The translations under genes and the position numbers were made by a program. The notes under the pieces are model-generated. The model made no database searches and was not told the DNA's origin. It was given only the letters and a program-made list of their open reading frames with translations. From the human T2T-CHM13v2.0 reference genome, Homo sapiens, in NCBI RefSeq assembly GCF_009914755.1, contig NC_060925.1: a stretch of DNA of 64,000 nt, one strand, 5' to 3'. Shown piece after piece: positions 1-13,436 of the stretch. Every line of letters begins with the position of its first letter. The first letter of the stretch is position 1.

Positions 1-617
1 CCCATTTTATGGATGAGGAAGTTGAGGAGTAGAGATAATAAGTAACTTGCCTAGATTACATCACTAATAAGTGGCAGAGCTGGAATGCAAACCCAGGGAG
101 TTGGGGTCCAAAGTCTTTGTTCCTAGCCACCATGCTCGGCTGCCTCTCCAAACAAATTGAGAAAGATTAAGAGGCTACAACCAGACTTGGAGAGAAAGAG
201 CAAAGTGATTGACTAAAATATCAACAGAATATGGGCAGAGAAGTGGTAGCATGCATGAATTTCAAGTACCAAACCGAGATCCCAGTGCCAACACTGATAT
301 GAGTTAGTTATAATCTGGAGGGATAATGAGTATCCTCATCTAAAGAGAAGGTACAGTGGAAATGGAATTGGATTTGGCTTCATGATCCAGCCTCCAGTTT
401 TAACCTTGCCACATATATGATTCTGGACAGGTTCATTTTCTTCATCTGTAGAATGGATGCAACAGTCTCTTACCCTACTCACAGGGTAAGCAAGCATGAG
501 GGTTAAGGACTGAATGCATATTAAAAACACCTTGAAGACTCCAGATGCTGTGAGATAATGATACAGCATTATGTTTAAGAATGAAAACTGTAATGATTTT
601 CAAAAATTATATTGCAG

Positions 618-760
618 AAGGGAAACAAAAAGCAGCTGATTTTGAAGACCTACTCTCTGGTCAAGGTTTCAATGCTCACAAAGACAAAAAGGGGCCTCGG
701 ACAATAGCTGAGATGAGAAAGGAGGAAATGGCCAAGGAAATGGATCCTGAGAAATTAAAG
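618..760 (+). CDS. DNAJC6: DNAJC6 (auxilin-1) third-last coding exon
   Basis: ttgcag| acceptor and AAG|gtgagt donor. Encodes (E)GKQKAADFEDLLSGQGFNAHKDKKGPRTIAEMRKEEMAKEMDPEKLK, the auxilin/GAK C-terminal region. A tandem acceptor could start it at 621. Confidence 0.93.
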
Positions 761-855
761 GTGAGTGAGGCCCCTGACGCAGCTTGATTATCCTATATGA
801 CAAAGTCATGTGATAAAGTCATGTGTATGGAGCTATCGCCATGAGAGTAACCTAT

Positions 856-1225
856 TGTCTTAGCCCATTCAGGCTGCTATAACAAAATACCATAAACTAG
901 GTGGCTTATAAACAACAGGATTTTTTTTTTCTCATAGTTAATGAAGGCTGGGAAGTCCAAGATCAAGGTGCCAGCCATTTTGGTGTCTGGTGAGGGCCAT
1001 CTTCCTGGTTCATGGATGGTGGTCTTTTCCCTGTGTCCTCATAGGCAGAAGAAAGAGGTCTTGCTCAGGCCTCTTTCATAAGGACACTAATCCCATTTAT
1101 AAGAGGTCTGTCTCATGAACTAATCACCTCCCAATAGGAAGCCCTAACCTCCTAATACCATCACCTCTGGAGTTAGAATTTCAACATAGCAATTTTGGGG
1201 GGACACATACATTCAGACCATATCA
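856..1225 (-). mobile_element. MaLR solo LTR (MLT1A/MLT1A0-like)
   Basis: TG...CA termini flanked by the 5-bp TSD CCTAT (851-855 and 1226-1230); resembles the MLT1A consensus. Confidence 0.8.
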
Positions 1226-3226
1226 CCTATAAAAGGCATGATAGTAGATTTCTGGTGGCCACTCTATTTCATTTGGTCTTTGCAGCTGTGATTTGAGTAC
1301 AGCTGTGCCCTTTAATAGCAAAGTAGCTCTGAGGAGGTTGCACACACTGTTTACTTTCTTTAATAAAATAAATGTTATTCCATGATATGGCAATATAGAT
1401 TTCTTTTGTTTGCCTGTTCAAATGAGCAGTGGCACTTTCTAAGAGGTGATTTTGTTATTCAGATGGCATTCACATTCTAAAGATGAGTCATTAGAATTTG
1501 CTGGTAAGAAGAATGCATTATTTATGTTTTCTCTTTCTGCTTTGAGAGCTTTTTTATTAAACCAGATTGACTGAAGCCCCCAGGATCTTTTCTCTACCGA
1601 TAGAGAAATATTTATGTACCTGAGACTTACCAATTCCTGCAACATTAGACCTGGAGCTTTGGAAAGTAGAGGAGAGAAAGGCTGAGGGAAGTGTGGCTCC
1701 TGTCTTCCCCATTGTCTCCCTCTACTTTTAACCAAAGCAGTTCCACTTTTCTCTCTTTCTGATTCTGGAGGTTTAGGTAAAATTAGATTTGAGGTTTTTC
1801 CTCAAATCAAATCAACATACTTTTTTCCTCAAATCAACATACTGTTTTAGCATGTTTCAGCATTTTGTTTTTTTAAGTTTGCAATTCAGCGAATCTAACC
1901 CCTTTGTTTCACAGCTGAAAAAAAACCACATAACTTCATAGATGAAGATGTTGTATGGACAGGCGGATGCGGATTAGCTGGGAAACAGAGGGTGGTTCTG
2001 TTGATGAGTGGTATGAGGTCTGGAAGAGTTTGTAAAGATCAAGAGAATTGGAATGCTCTTCACAGATGGAGAGGTTGAGTTCCTATGTGACAAAATACTA
2101 AATATGCTGATACTACAACAAACTGAAAGAGGAGGATGTAATCTGTCTCTGTATTAAAGCATCTGCAAAACCAGTACTTAAACAGCAAGTCAATCTTAAC
2201 ACATTCTGAAAACATATACCACCGTTCTGTATAATTTCCTGACAGATTTGTTGCAGATGTATATAATATACATCTAATATAACTTAGATTCTTTGATACA
2301 TTTTTTAGTACAATGTAGGGTCTTTCATTTGCATGTTTTTCACTCCACCCAATGTCACAGAAGCTTAATATTTCTTCCAAAAACTTTGTGCTTCATCTCA
2401 ATAACCGTTGTTCATTAGGCAAATTCGGACAGTTTCCTATAAAAGAAAGCTGTTTATTTCATTTAAACCATGTTTGATTATTTAATTGGTACAGGGTATG
2501 TAATTGTTTGGGAGGGTAGCTGTCATTAATGTGACTAAACCATTCATCCAGCAACACTCACTTAGCTGAACTCCTGTTAGGTACTCAATGCTGATACAGT
2601 TTTATGATCCCTCTGACTTAATCACCTCATTTGTTCAAACTGTGAATGTTCATAGTTCAAATAAATGGCTAAATGGGTCAATTCACGTAACAAGCCTTTT
2701 TGAGCTCTGTTCTGCACCAGGTTACTTATTTGGTTCCGAGATACAGTGATATATAAGAAATAATACTTTTCCTCAAACAGCTCTGCCTAATGGCAGGCAA
2801 AGAGAAACACACAATTACAATAAAGTGTGGTACATATTATGGTAGAAATATGTTTAAGGTAGAGTGGCCCAGAGAAGTTTGGCCCTTTTTTAAGGTTTAC
2901 TTATTTAGTGCAGTATCTACCCTCATGGAGTTTATATTGAGTATAACTCTGGGGGTGGGGATGGGAGAGAAAGGAATTCAAACTCGCAAAGTCTAACAGT
3001 GTGAAATTTCTCAGCACCCTTTTGAAAGATGATAGAGTTAACCAGGGAGACAAGGTAGGAGATTGAGGAGGAGAAGCATTCCAGGTAGAGGAAACAGCCT
3101 GGATCATACAGGTTGCCCTAAGTGTTTTGATGTTGCTGGAGCAGAAGGGGTTTCTAGAGTCCTAGTGGAAACCTTCTGAACTAGTAAGTAAGCATTTGAA
3201 TTTCTTAATCCCCTTTGTGTTTACAG

Positions 3227-3403
3227 ATTCTGGAATGGATTGAAGGCAAAGAAAGAAATATCAGAGCCCTTCTTTCCACGATGCATACCGTACTATGGGC
3301 TGGGGAGACCAAGTGGAAACCAGTTGGCATGGCAGACCTGGTAACACCAGAGCAGGTGAAGAAGGTGTACAGGAAGGCTGTCCTGGTGGTGCACCCAGAT
3401 AAA
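3227..3403 (+). CDS. DNAJC6: DNAJC6 penultimate exon, J-domain with HPD motif
   Basis: ttacag| acceptor and AAA|gtgggt donor; 177 nt; [59 protein letters not shown]. Confidence 0.96.
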
Positions 3404-3666
3404 GTGGGTATAACCTGCCCTGTTGTGTAACTTGTCAGGTCCTTGCTTCATTATCTTATGAGTATGTGTTTTACTTTAAATGTGCTGGTTCATATGGCCT
3501 ATTTTTAATAAAATTAAGTCAATGAGCTAAAATCAGATATTTAAACAAATAGTTATACTTTATGAAATGAGAAAGACGATATCAAACTATATATTACAGG
3601 GGCTTATTTAGAGAGAGTAAGATTTACCCAGTGATTAATTTTTAGGGCTCAGAAGTAAATTGTGTC

Positions 3667-4054
<388 letters not shown>

Positions 4055-4900
4055 TTAGCTAGGATGGTAATGAAAAAGCTTCAGAATGTAGTTGGTAAAA
4101 TTTGTGAGAATCAATAAAATATTCAGAATGGAATTAAATTTGCCCTCTCTTGATTATTACTACATTGATTATGTCAGTTTATGTTTTCATTGAAGTATAT
4201 ATACATCTAAGGGCTCTACCTTGTCAGAAACTTCAAGTAACTCATGGACAAATGAAATCATCATATAATACATAGAAACATTCAGCAAGAAGTGAGTCAT
4301 CTTGCTGTCACATAGACTATACCAGTCATATGACATGAAGCTATGATCGAAGTGCCACTTGGGAACACAGGCTTGAATTTGATGCATATGATTTTCATCT
4401 CTCCACATTTTTTTGTACTAGTCTGAAAAGAAGAATTAATGAGAAGCAATGGTAGTGCTTGAATTTTGATGAATCAAAAGAGAAGGAGAAACAAGAGCCC
4501 AGAAAAATCCACAAACTGTATTCCCCATTATGACTCTCAAAGAACTTTTTAGAAATGGGAAAATGGGAGTTAAAAACAGTCAATAGAGATGGGCTGTCAT
4601 GAACCTTTGTCATTTGGCAGATACGTCTGGAGAACAGAGATACGTCTTGTGCTGCCTGATAAGCTCTCTGTTGTCTACTTCTTGATGGATTACTACTACC
4701 CTTGTGCATTTCTAGGGGGAGGTCATTATGGGGAGGTTATAGTAATTTGGGTCAGATATAGTAGATTAGGCTGAAAAGGAGAAATGGCCAAATAGAAAAA
4801 CATTTCCATTGCTTAGAGCCCATATATTGGCAGTGAAAAATTTAATATTAATGAAATTTTGGTCTGTGGTATCTAATGTGTGTTTTTGTTTTCTCTACAG

Positions 4901-5002
4901 GCTACTGGGCAACCCTATGAACAATACGCAAAGATGATTTTCATGGAGCTCAATGATGCCTGGTCTGAATTTGAAAACCAAGGCCAAAAGCCCTTATATT
5001 AA
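4901..5002 (+). CDS. DNAJC6: DNAJC6 final coding exon
   Basis: ctctacag| acceptor; [33 protein letters not shown] then TAA at 5000-5002, in phase with the previous exon. Confidence 0.96.
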   Translation, partial: ATGQPYEQYAKMIFMELNDAWSEFENQGQKPLY

Positions 5003-7425
5003 TTTATGAGCTTTTCCATCTCTGCTGCAGACCTGTGCTAATGCTTAGTGTGTGTCACAATTCTGAGGTTTTCGCAGATGAACCAAAAACTCCAGTAACA
5101 TGTTTTCAGTACTAAACCGTTAAGTTACTCATGAATTAATTTCTCATTGATAAGGAATGTGGATGTTTGGTTTCTCCAAAGTTCCCACCATAAAAGATCC
5201 AAAGCATGAGAGGAACTTCTAGTCAGATGACCTTGCAGAACCACCGCATTCCACCCTGCCCTTTGGGGAGCCTACTCAGCATTCTACCTGGGGAAATGGA
5301 AAACAGAGGCCACCACCCATGAAGGCATAACACCCATCACATTGTCTGAGAATAGGATTAATGAGCAAAAGTTATGATAATAGAGTTATATGATGGTTTA
5401 ATGGTTTCTAGATTTTTCTTGGAAAGATATAATTTGAGCAGTGGCTTTATGCAGACTCCAAGAACAAAACCACCAGGTATTTTTTTTTAAGTAAAAATTT
5501 ACTAAGGCCTTTAGCATAATACTGTAAATGTCTTTTGGTCAAGAGAACTAACAAATATAAAGGAACTTGAAATGTGGGGAGTGATAATAGTCCAGTGATT
5601 AAACTACAGTCCAGTGATTACCACCAACTTTCTGACTAAGCTAAAAATGAATGAAAATGGTGGCTAAAGAAAATAGGGACTCTGAAGATGTCGAAATCTT
5701 TATTCCTGGTTAGGAAGGTGGGCCGCTACCCTTCTTTCCCTTTAGAAAACTGTGATTAATTAAATAAAAAGTCTTACTACTATAACAACTCTAAACCTGG
5801 TTTAAATGAAACATCTAATTTTGCTGTAAGGCTTAATGCTCTTCTTTTGTTTAGCCAAGAAAACATTCTTAGTTGGAAACAGGTGGTAAAGTAGTTTGGC
5901 CTGTTCACAACTTATCAGGACCAATATCTAGTGTGGACTCAGTGTTCTCTAGGTTTGTGAGCAGTTGTGGTAAGAGAATGGAAGGCAACACTGAATAGGA
6001 GTTAAGGGAATGGCACGATCACAGTGAGAGAGCTGCACTCACCTGCAGACCCAGTCAGATGGCTTGTCAGTATCTGCTCTGAGGAACCAGGTCCCACCTC
6101 CCCACAAGGCAAATCTAGACCCATTAAATTATTACAGTGGGCTTTTTTGTTTTAAAAGTGGTTGGGGATCCACAGGAACGACATTCATACAGGGACATTT
6201 GTGAAAGCAAAGCAAGAATGAATGCTTTCCCGATCTCAGACTGGCTGGATTCAGATCAGTGTGTTGGCTGGTTCTCATTTTAAGGGGTAAGCAGTTTGCT
6301 ATTCTGTGACTTTAGTAGATCTCTTTTGTGTGCACATATACAATGTGCATTATACATATATATTAAATATATCCACAAAGCAGATGGGCAAAAAGATTTT
6401 CATGCTAATCTTCAAAGGTTCATGCTCAATATTGTGAAAAGCTTTTAAAAGTTGTTTTGAAAAGACAATCATTTTTTGTTTTTGTTTTAACTTTCTTGTG
6501 GCAAGCTATACCGGAAAAGCGGCATGTCAAAAATACTTTAGGTTCTACATAGATCTCTTTCTCTCTTTTGTTTTGTTTGTTTGTTTGTTAAAGTTCATTA
6601 TTTATTTTACCTTTTACTGACAATGTGAAACTCGAAGAAAATGTTCTCTTTTTAAATATACAGTCATAAACTGTTCAAGGTAACCATAACAAACTAGGTG
6701 TTATTTATTAACGTATTATAAAATAATGTTTGATCCAGTATGTGCTTGTCTTATTTAAAATTGGAATGTGAGACATGTTGCTGTGACCTGTTTTTCTTTC
6801 TCATTCACATTTGTAGATATTGTGTGAACTACAGTATATAATGATAACAATTAAAAGGATATTCTGTGGATGTCACGTATTTTGAAATGATAGAACTACA
6901 TTAGCTTTGTATCATGTTTGGATAATTCATCAATGTTCACAGTTTAAAACATCATTAAACATTATGTAATTACAATGAGAAAGAATCTTACTTAAATTTG
7001 GAGATTTTCCCCCACATCTCTTTTCCGGATACATTATAATTCTGGACCCCTATTTATCTCAAAACTCTTAATATATGCAGACCAACAGGTCTTTGCATTC
7101 CTTTTAAATAACTGGTTGTGACAAAGCTTGTTGTTGATCAGATTCACTGTTTCATCATATTTATTGTAATATATTTTTTGTTTTGTAAATATGTTACAAC
7201 AAAATGTGATTGGTCTAAAATATTTGTAATGTATATTAAAAGGTTCAAAAATATTTGTATAAATCTAAGTTATTTGGGTACTTGTAGGAATACAATGAGG
7301 AGCTTGAATGCCACCTTCTGACATGATTTACTTTTAAGGAAAGTTATGAGGAGAGAATACAAAAAGCATGCACCAAAATGTAATCTGACAGGATTTCTGG
7401 ATTTATACGTAATCACTCCTGCCCC

Positions 7426-7426
<1 letters not shown>

Positions 7427-7462
<36 letters not shown>
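7427..7462. repeat. (AC)18 microsatellite in the DNAJC6 3'UTR
   Basis: Perfect AC run read directly. Confidence 0.97.
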
Positions 7463-7465
<3 letters not shown>

Positions 7466-7816
7466 CACGCACACATGATTTTGATTATGCTACATGATAT
7501 ATGTTTCAAAAAGAATTAGCATAGAAATCCTGGTCTCCTAGCCAAAAAAATCAAAGGATTTTCAAAAAAACGAATCTGTATGTTGAGGCAAAAGGATTGA
7601 ACCTGGAAGTCTGGGACTTTATCATAGAAACAAAGTCTCAGATATTTTAGTTCTTTGGAAACAAATGCTGTAATTCAAAAGCATTTGACCTGTCACTGTA
7701 CTATCTACATGTGGAAGAATGTTCAAGTTGAATCCTAATGCCGTGAATGAAACACAGTCTGTGTAGGGAATGAGCAAAAAAGTTGAATTCCAATTGCTTT
7801 TTGGCCTTTTGGCTAA

Positions 7817-7822
7817 AATAAA
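7817..7822 (+). terminator. Probable distal polyadenylation signal of DNAJC6
   Basis: AATAAA followed by U/GU-rich sequence; other candidates are AATAAA 5763-5768 and ATTAAA 7235-7240. Confidence 0.7.
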
Positions 7823-8210
7823 TGTAGCATCTAATTTTATCAGTTTAACATCTGATATGTCTTCTATCCATGTACAATATTTTAAATGGATTTTGTGGAG
7901 CAGGGAGATGGAATAGGAGTTTCCCCCACCCATTCCACACATCAGCCTGGTAATGCAGTAACTGCAGGAATAGTTCACCTCCGCCTCACTAAAACAACAA
8001 CAACAACAACAAAAGACAAAATTTGAATTCCAGAAATAGTTATTGCAGCAACAAGTCAGTCTCCCTGCTGGAAACACCTATCAGGGAAGCTGGCTCAAGT
8101 AGCAGATTTTGATTATTCTAAAGATAAATCATGGTTTTTGGGAATAGTGATACATGTTGGTTTGAGATTAAAAGACTGGGTTTAAATCCTAGTTTTTCCA
8201 TTTATAGACT

Positions 8211-8533
<323 letters not shown>

Positions 8534-10311
8534 TGAGTCTTAATTTTATCACCTGTAAAATAGAATTCTAACAACCCTGCAATGGAGGAATTAAGAACTG
8601 TGTATATAAACTCTTAACAAGCGGGTACTCACTAAATAGTAATTATTGTTATTGTTACTGATAGTAAATAAGACAAAGTATATCACTGTAGGTGGGTATT
8701 GGAGCTGGAATTACATGGAAACCTCATATTCTAGGGAGTGACACAAGTAGGAAAAGGCAACCCAAAGTTACTTTTACCTTGGTCCTTATTCCTTATCTCC
8801 TTGGGTTTACAGAGATCTGTCTACATAAAATGGCAAAGAGGTTTGCATTGTAGTTTCTGTAAAGGGAATAGCTATGTAAAAAGAAGTAGTGATTGAGCAT
8901 TAGGAAGGAAAACCAACATTTACGGATTTCAATTAGTGTTGCATCATTCTTGCATTTAACTTATGCACTGACTTGCAAGCCTACCCCAGTGTAGATATAA
9001 CATCCTGGCATTTATCTTGTGTGCACTGCCCTAGGTGTTACCATATATATATATATATGTTTTATATATATTTTTTTCTCACTTAATTCCCCCAAAGATT
9101 CTGAGACAGGTTTTTGTAAATCTTACCTCAGGAAGCTAAAGCATGGAGAAATTTACCCAGAGCTGGAGCTTGAGGCTATATATTTTTTTTTTTCTGAGGA
9201 TAGGGAGAGATGATACTGTGTATGGTAAACTTATTAATATTTGTTAATTCAGCCAACATTTTGTGTATACTGTATGCAAGATGCTAATAGATATGCTGGA
9301 GAAAATTAAGACAGTGAATGGATTTGATGCCCTGTGAAGCATAAGAGGTTACTGTTATTTCTAATTACTACAAGAATTCTTGCTTCTTGGTGCATAAGAT
9401 CTACTGTGGGGAATAGTACAAGTGCTGACCATCTGACTTTAGAGCTGAACAGTTTGGGACTTGATCTCAGCTTCCCTATTCACTGGTTACTGGGAGCTTG
9501 TTTTCCTATCTGTAAGATAGAGGCAATAAAACCTAGCTTATCATGCGAGACTATTGAATGCAAGGAGAGAATATTAAAATTCATCCCAGTAAGTCCACTG
9601 TAGTCCTAGGCAGCATGACAGAGGTCACAGATCTTACAAGTAACATATCAATGGCAAGTTGGGGATAAGGATTTGGTTTTTAGGGTTTTACTTTCTGTTT
9701 TTGATGACTCTTATTTTTGAGAAAATGTGGAAGGAGTAAGTAGAAGAACAGTTTTTTTCAGTGCAACATCAGGCAAAAGAAAAGCAGATTTTTTTCAGAT
9801 GGTTAAAGCCTATGGCAAAATAGCTAACTTTCTCTTTAAGGTGATTGGTAACCTGGAAAGGACAGCTGGCGTGGGCAGAAAACTTGTTCAAGACAAACAC
9901 TGTCCCAGCATTTTTTAAATTCCAGACATTACCCTGGGGCAAACACCTCAACTTTTTCTTTCATACCACCTTCCAATATCTTACTCCTGAGCCTAGGGTG
10001 CTCAAACCAAACTCTGCTTCTGATGTGTTGTCAGTTTTCTCTAAAATCACTTATCTTCTGTGGGACTGGAGTCAGGCTGATGTGGAAGGCTCCCGCAAAC
10101 CCTATTTAGGCTCTCTGGAGACAGAATGGGTGGTTGGAAATGGAAGGGGGAATGAGGGAAATTTAACCCCATAGAATATCTTCCCCATGAGAGTAGCTTA
10201 GCACTACACGAAGAAAGCTAAAAACCACAGACTTCCAGGGCTTGTCTGATACGCAGGTTCCCTTGAGTGCTCTAATAGGTATTAGAAATAATATGATAGG
10301 GAAACAAGCTC

Positions 10312-10870
10312 TTGTAGGGGAGGAAGAATCTTTTTCTCTACCTATCTTAGGTTCTCCGGCTGGGTCCTTGTGCATTAGACTGGCCAAAGACAGATGAACA
10401 AAAGTAAAGCAAGTTTATCAACACGTGCGTTGTTCATATAGGTAACATGGGAATACTCAGAGATAAGCAACTCAAAGATTTGGTTAGAACTTGGGTTTAT
10501 ACAGCATATTAGCCAAGGAACAATAAATTTTTAAAGAAATGACAAGATAAAGGATCTTGAGTCTCTAGGGGCAGCAAATTGTCGGAAAACAAATATATGG
10601 GAGACTAGTTGCAGATGAAGGCCAAATACTAAGGTTTATCATGTAGATTTTTCTTGTGTTGTCTCCAGGCTGACAGGGGTCTAAAATTGTCTCTGGTGAT
10701 TAATCTTTGTCTTTCCTGGTAGAGCAGGAAGGAGGTACACCTTCGTAAACTTATATCCTGCTTTTTGGCAAATAGAGGGAGGGCAGAGTGCTTTTCTAGT
10801 ACCGTGTACCTATTTGCTTCTTCCTAATTGCCTTCAGCTCAAAATAATCCTTAAACCAAAGTGGCATACA
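10312..10870 (-). mobile_element. ERV1-class solo LTR (MER34-like)
   Basis: Minus strand ends ...CTTCCTCCCCTACA and begins near ...GCCACTTTGGTTTAAGGATTATTTTGAGCTGAAGGCAATT, as recalled for MER34. Confidence 0.55.
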
Positions 10871-12143
10871 CTGCCAATGCTCTTGAGTAGATTGAAGGCT
10901 CCAAAGTAAAAAGTGCTGTACTGTAGTATTGGATCTCCAAGCATCAGCAGTGAGTCAGGTATTACAATGCTGTTTTCAGTGAGTGTGCCATCCGTCTATG
11001 AGGAGAAATGAGAGGAGCTAGAAAAATAAACTGACAGCTAGAAAAATACTCCACTGAATCAACAAATAGACATTTCTTGAAACAGTAACATGCTCAATGT
11101 GCAATTTTGAAAAAGTAAACTGAGCAAGGATCATGAAACATGATGGTGGTGAGAATTTATACTTCTCAGGTAGCCAGGGGAAGCTAGGTTTCCACAGATT
11201 CCTTTGTCTTTCAGTCCTTTTGAAAACGGAGAAAAAGCAAGAGAAGAGGGACGGCACCATCAGGTAGAGTGGATCTCAGCTAGAATGAGGGGAAGTGGCC
11301 CAGAATCCAACCTCCTCCAAAGAGCTGTGTGACAGGCAAGTCCTATCCTTTCTGCACCTCTTTCCTTAAATGTAAGTTGAAGCATTTGGACCAGACTGTT
11401 TCAATGATCTTCTAGATTGCTTTTGCCAAAACAGAACTCTCCATTCCTGTAAGATAAGTACACAATGGCTCTCAGAGATCTAAAAACTGGCCTTGGTTAC
11501 CTGCAAACTTTGAGGCCCCAAGGCACAAAAATAATAGCTTTTTTTTTTTATTTTTTTTTTTAAGGTTCATGAAAGCTTCGGACACAAAAGCTTATATGGT
11601 CTTCGTCTCTATAAATAAACCAGGGAGTAAAGAAAAACCCCGCTAGTTTCAGTAAAGCGTTGCTATTAAGCAAAGCAAACCTATGCAAATATCAAGTTCT
11701 TAATGAGGAGTGTTTCCTAAGGGGCCTGTCCTCTGGTACCCCGCCTCTCCTCTGCCACAGTCATGTGAAGGCAGACAGGCACACACTCGCACACTAGCAC
11801 GCACTTGGGAGCTCAGGGAACATAACACTGGTTAGTGAGTCGGTGTCCCTCTCCCATCGATTGCAACTTTTCCCCTCCTTCCCTCTCCTGCCTCTCCCCA
11901 CTTTCTACATCTCCGTTCTCAGGAAGGCTCAGGGAGGATCCCCCGCTGCGTGCACTGCGTTCTGAGAGGCCGGGGAGAGACTCTGGGCCCGCGGTCGGGG
12001 CGGAGCCAAGGTCCCAACCCACATTGAACGGGCTTGAGGATTACTTGGAGGGCTCAGGATCTAGGAGGAGGGCCCAGGGCACTGGGTTGGGGTTACTCTG
12101 GGAAAGCTCTGTGGGACCAGGTGGGACCTTAGGGCTGGAGATG

Positions 12144-12610
12144 GACTCTGCGAGCTGGGGGCGGAGTTCTAGACTGGCAGGAGCGGAGTTCTGGGTGGCG
12201 GGGGCGGGGTCGGGACCAGCAGGGACGGCCTCTGAGAGTTGGGGGCGGAATTCTGGGCCGGTGAGGGCTGGGGCGGGACCAGCAGGGGAGGCCTCCGCGA
12301 GCTAGGGGAGGAGCTCTGCATTGTCTGGGGCGGGGCTTCGAGTAGCGGTAGCGAGGTCTGGAGCCGCAGGCGCTGCCTCCGCGAGGTAGGGGAGGAGCTC
12401 TGTACTGTCAGGGGCGGGGCTCTGAGTAGCGAGGCCGGGTCTGAACTATCAGGCGCGGCCTCTGCGAGCTGGGGGCGGGGTTCTGCACCGGCGGGGGCGG
12501 GGTTGTGAGTGGTGGGGGCGGGGTCTGGAGCAGCAGGCGCCGCGTTTGCGAGCTAAGGTCGGAGTTCTGCACCGGCGGGGGCGGGGCTCTGCGTGGCCGG
12601 GGCGGGCTCG
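12144..12610. repeat. Degenerate GC-rich tandem array, ~84-bp units built from ~21-bp subunits
   Basis: Motif GCCTC(T/C)GCGAG(C/G)T(A/G)GGGG(C/A)GGAG(T/C)TCTG, with mismatches, recurs at 12144, 12228, 12291, 12375, 12458 and 12542. Confidence 0.85.
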
Positions 12611-12701
12611 GGATCCGCGGGGCGACTCCCGGTCTGGCTTGGGCAGGCTGCCCGGGCCGTGGCAGGAAGCCGGAAGCAGCCGCGGCCCCAGTTCGGGAGA
12701 C

Positions 12702-12717
12702 ATGGCGGGCGTTAAAG
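12702..12717 (+). CDS. LEPROT: LEPROT coding exon 1 (also the non-coding first exon of LEPR)
   Basis: Kozak-like gacATGG; ATG GCG GGC GTT AAA G|gtacat = MAGVK(A). Confidence 0.95.
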
Positions 12718-13304
12718 GTACATCGCGGTCCCCGGCTCGCTTGTCGTGTGGTGGGGTTGCCACCTCCGTTCCGGTCAAGCCTGGGGCTGCGCCTTCCGCG
12801 CGCCGTTGGGGAACGGCCTCACCACCCTTCCCGCCTCTCCGGTTCGGGAGGCGATCGACCGCTCCCTTCGTCCCTTGGGGTGTGGGTGGAGCGGCGTTTC
12901 GGGGGAGCCTTGGCCCTTTTTGCAAGGCCGCTGGCCTTCCTGCTCTCCAGTGGCGGCACCAGACCCCTCCCCAGCCTGAGCCCTCGGCGAGAGCGGCGCC
13001 CTCCACCTCTCCTGAGTTTTTAAACAAGGTTTCCACTTCTTGACGCCACCCTAACGCCTTTCTTCTGGTTTTCTGCCCCTCCGCAGTTTCCTATTTGCCA
13101 CAAAGGACCCTTTGTCTCCAGCGTTCTTAGCATTGGGAAACTTAATCCTCTTTTTCCTAATGATTTTTCCAACTGGGCAGAGTTGACCGCGGGCGGGTGT
13201 CAATGGAAAGCACCCAGAAAGACGGTGTTTCTCGCAGTCGTGGAGAGTAGATTACGTGTAATTTTAATACTGCTTTCTTCGGTGTTTTCTCTGTTTATGG
13301 ACAG

Positions 13305-13436
13305 AGAAGAAACCAGTGTGTGTGTAGTATGTGTTTTTTGCATGGGGCAGTTGGTAAAAACACCGCGTCCCTTATCTGTATGGCTTCAGAGCAATGCGAG
13401 ACGGAAAAGGTTTTTTGCAAGGCTTCCTGTATTTTG
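13305..13436 (+). CDS. LEPROT: Probable alternative LEPROT exon; ATG at 13394 gives a 140-aa isoform (MRDGKGFLQGFLYF-A...)
   Basis: Pyrimidine tract plus ggacag| acceptor and TTG|gtagga donor; 43 nt from the ATG to the donor is in frame with exon 2. Confidence 0.62.

Larger units (their letters stand above)
5003..7845 (+). other. DNAJC6: DNAJC6 3'UTR (~2.8 kb, end approximate)
   Basis: Repeat-poor AU-rich sequence after the stop codon, ending near AATAAA at 7817-7822. Confidence 0.75.
11940..13100 (+). promoter_or_regulatory. CpG-island, TATA-less promoter shared by LEPROT and LEPR
   Basis: Very high GC and CpG density, many GGGGCGGGG boxes, tandem ETS-type GGAAG/CCGGAAG at ~12665-12676 just before the first ATG; octamer ATGCAAAT upstream at 11683-11690. 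Confidence 0.92.

Noticed and set aside
1795-1842. Short tandem duplications (also 798-825, 5589-5620, 54961-55016)
   Set aside because: Common slippage products with no sign of function
7622-8077. 151-aa minus-strand ORF with poly-Cys
   Set aside because: Arises from a (CAA)n microsatellite and antisense UTR sequence; no coding features
12144-12610. Regularly spaced repeats superficially like a CRISPR array
   Set aside because: Human DNA, degenerate units, spacers related to each other, no cas genes
11813-13043. Several 150-195 aa ORFs on both strands over the promoter, including a read-through of MAGVK into intron 1
   Set aside because: Stop codons are depleted in GC-rich CpG islands; the peptides are low-complexity G/A/R/P with no recognisable family
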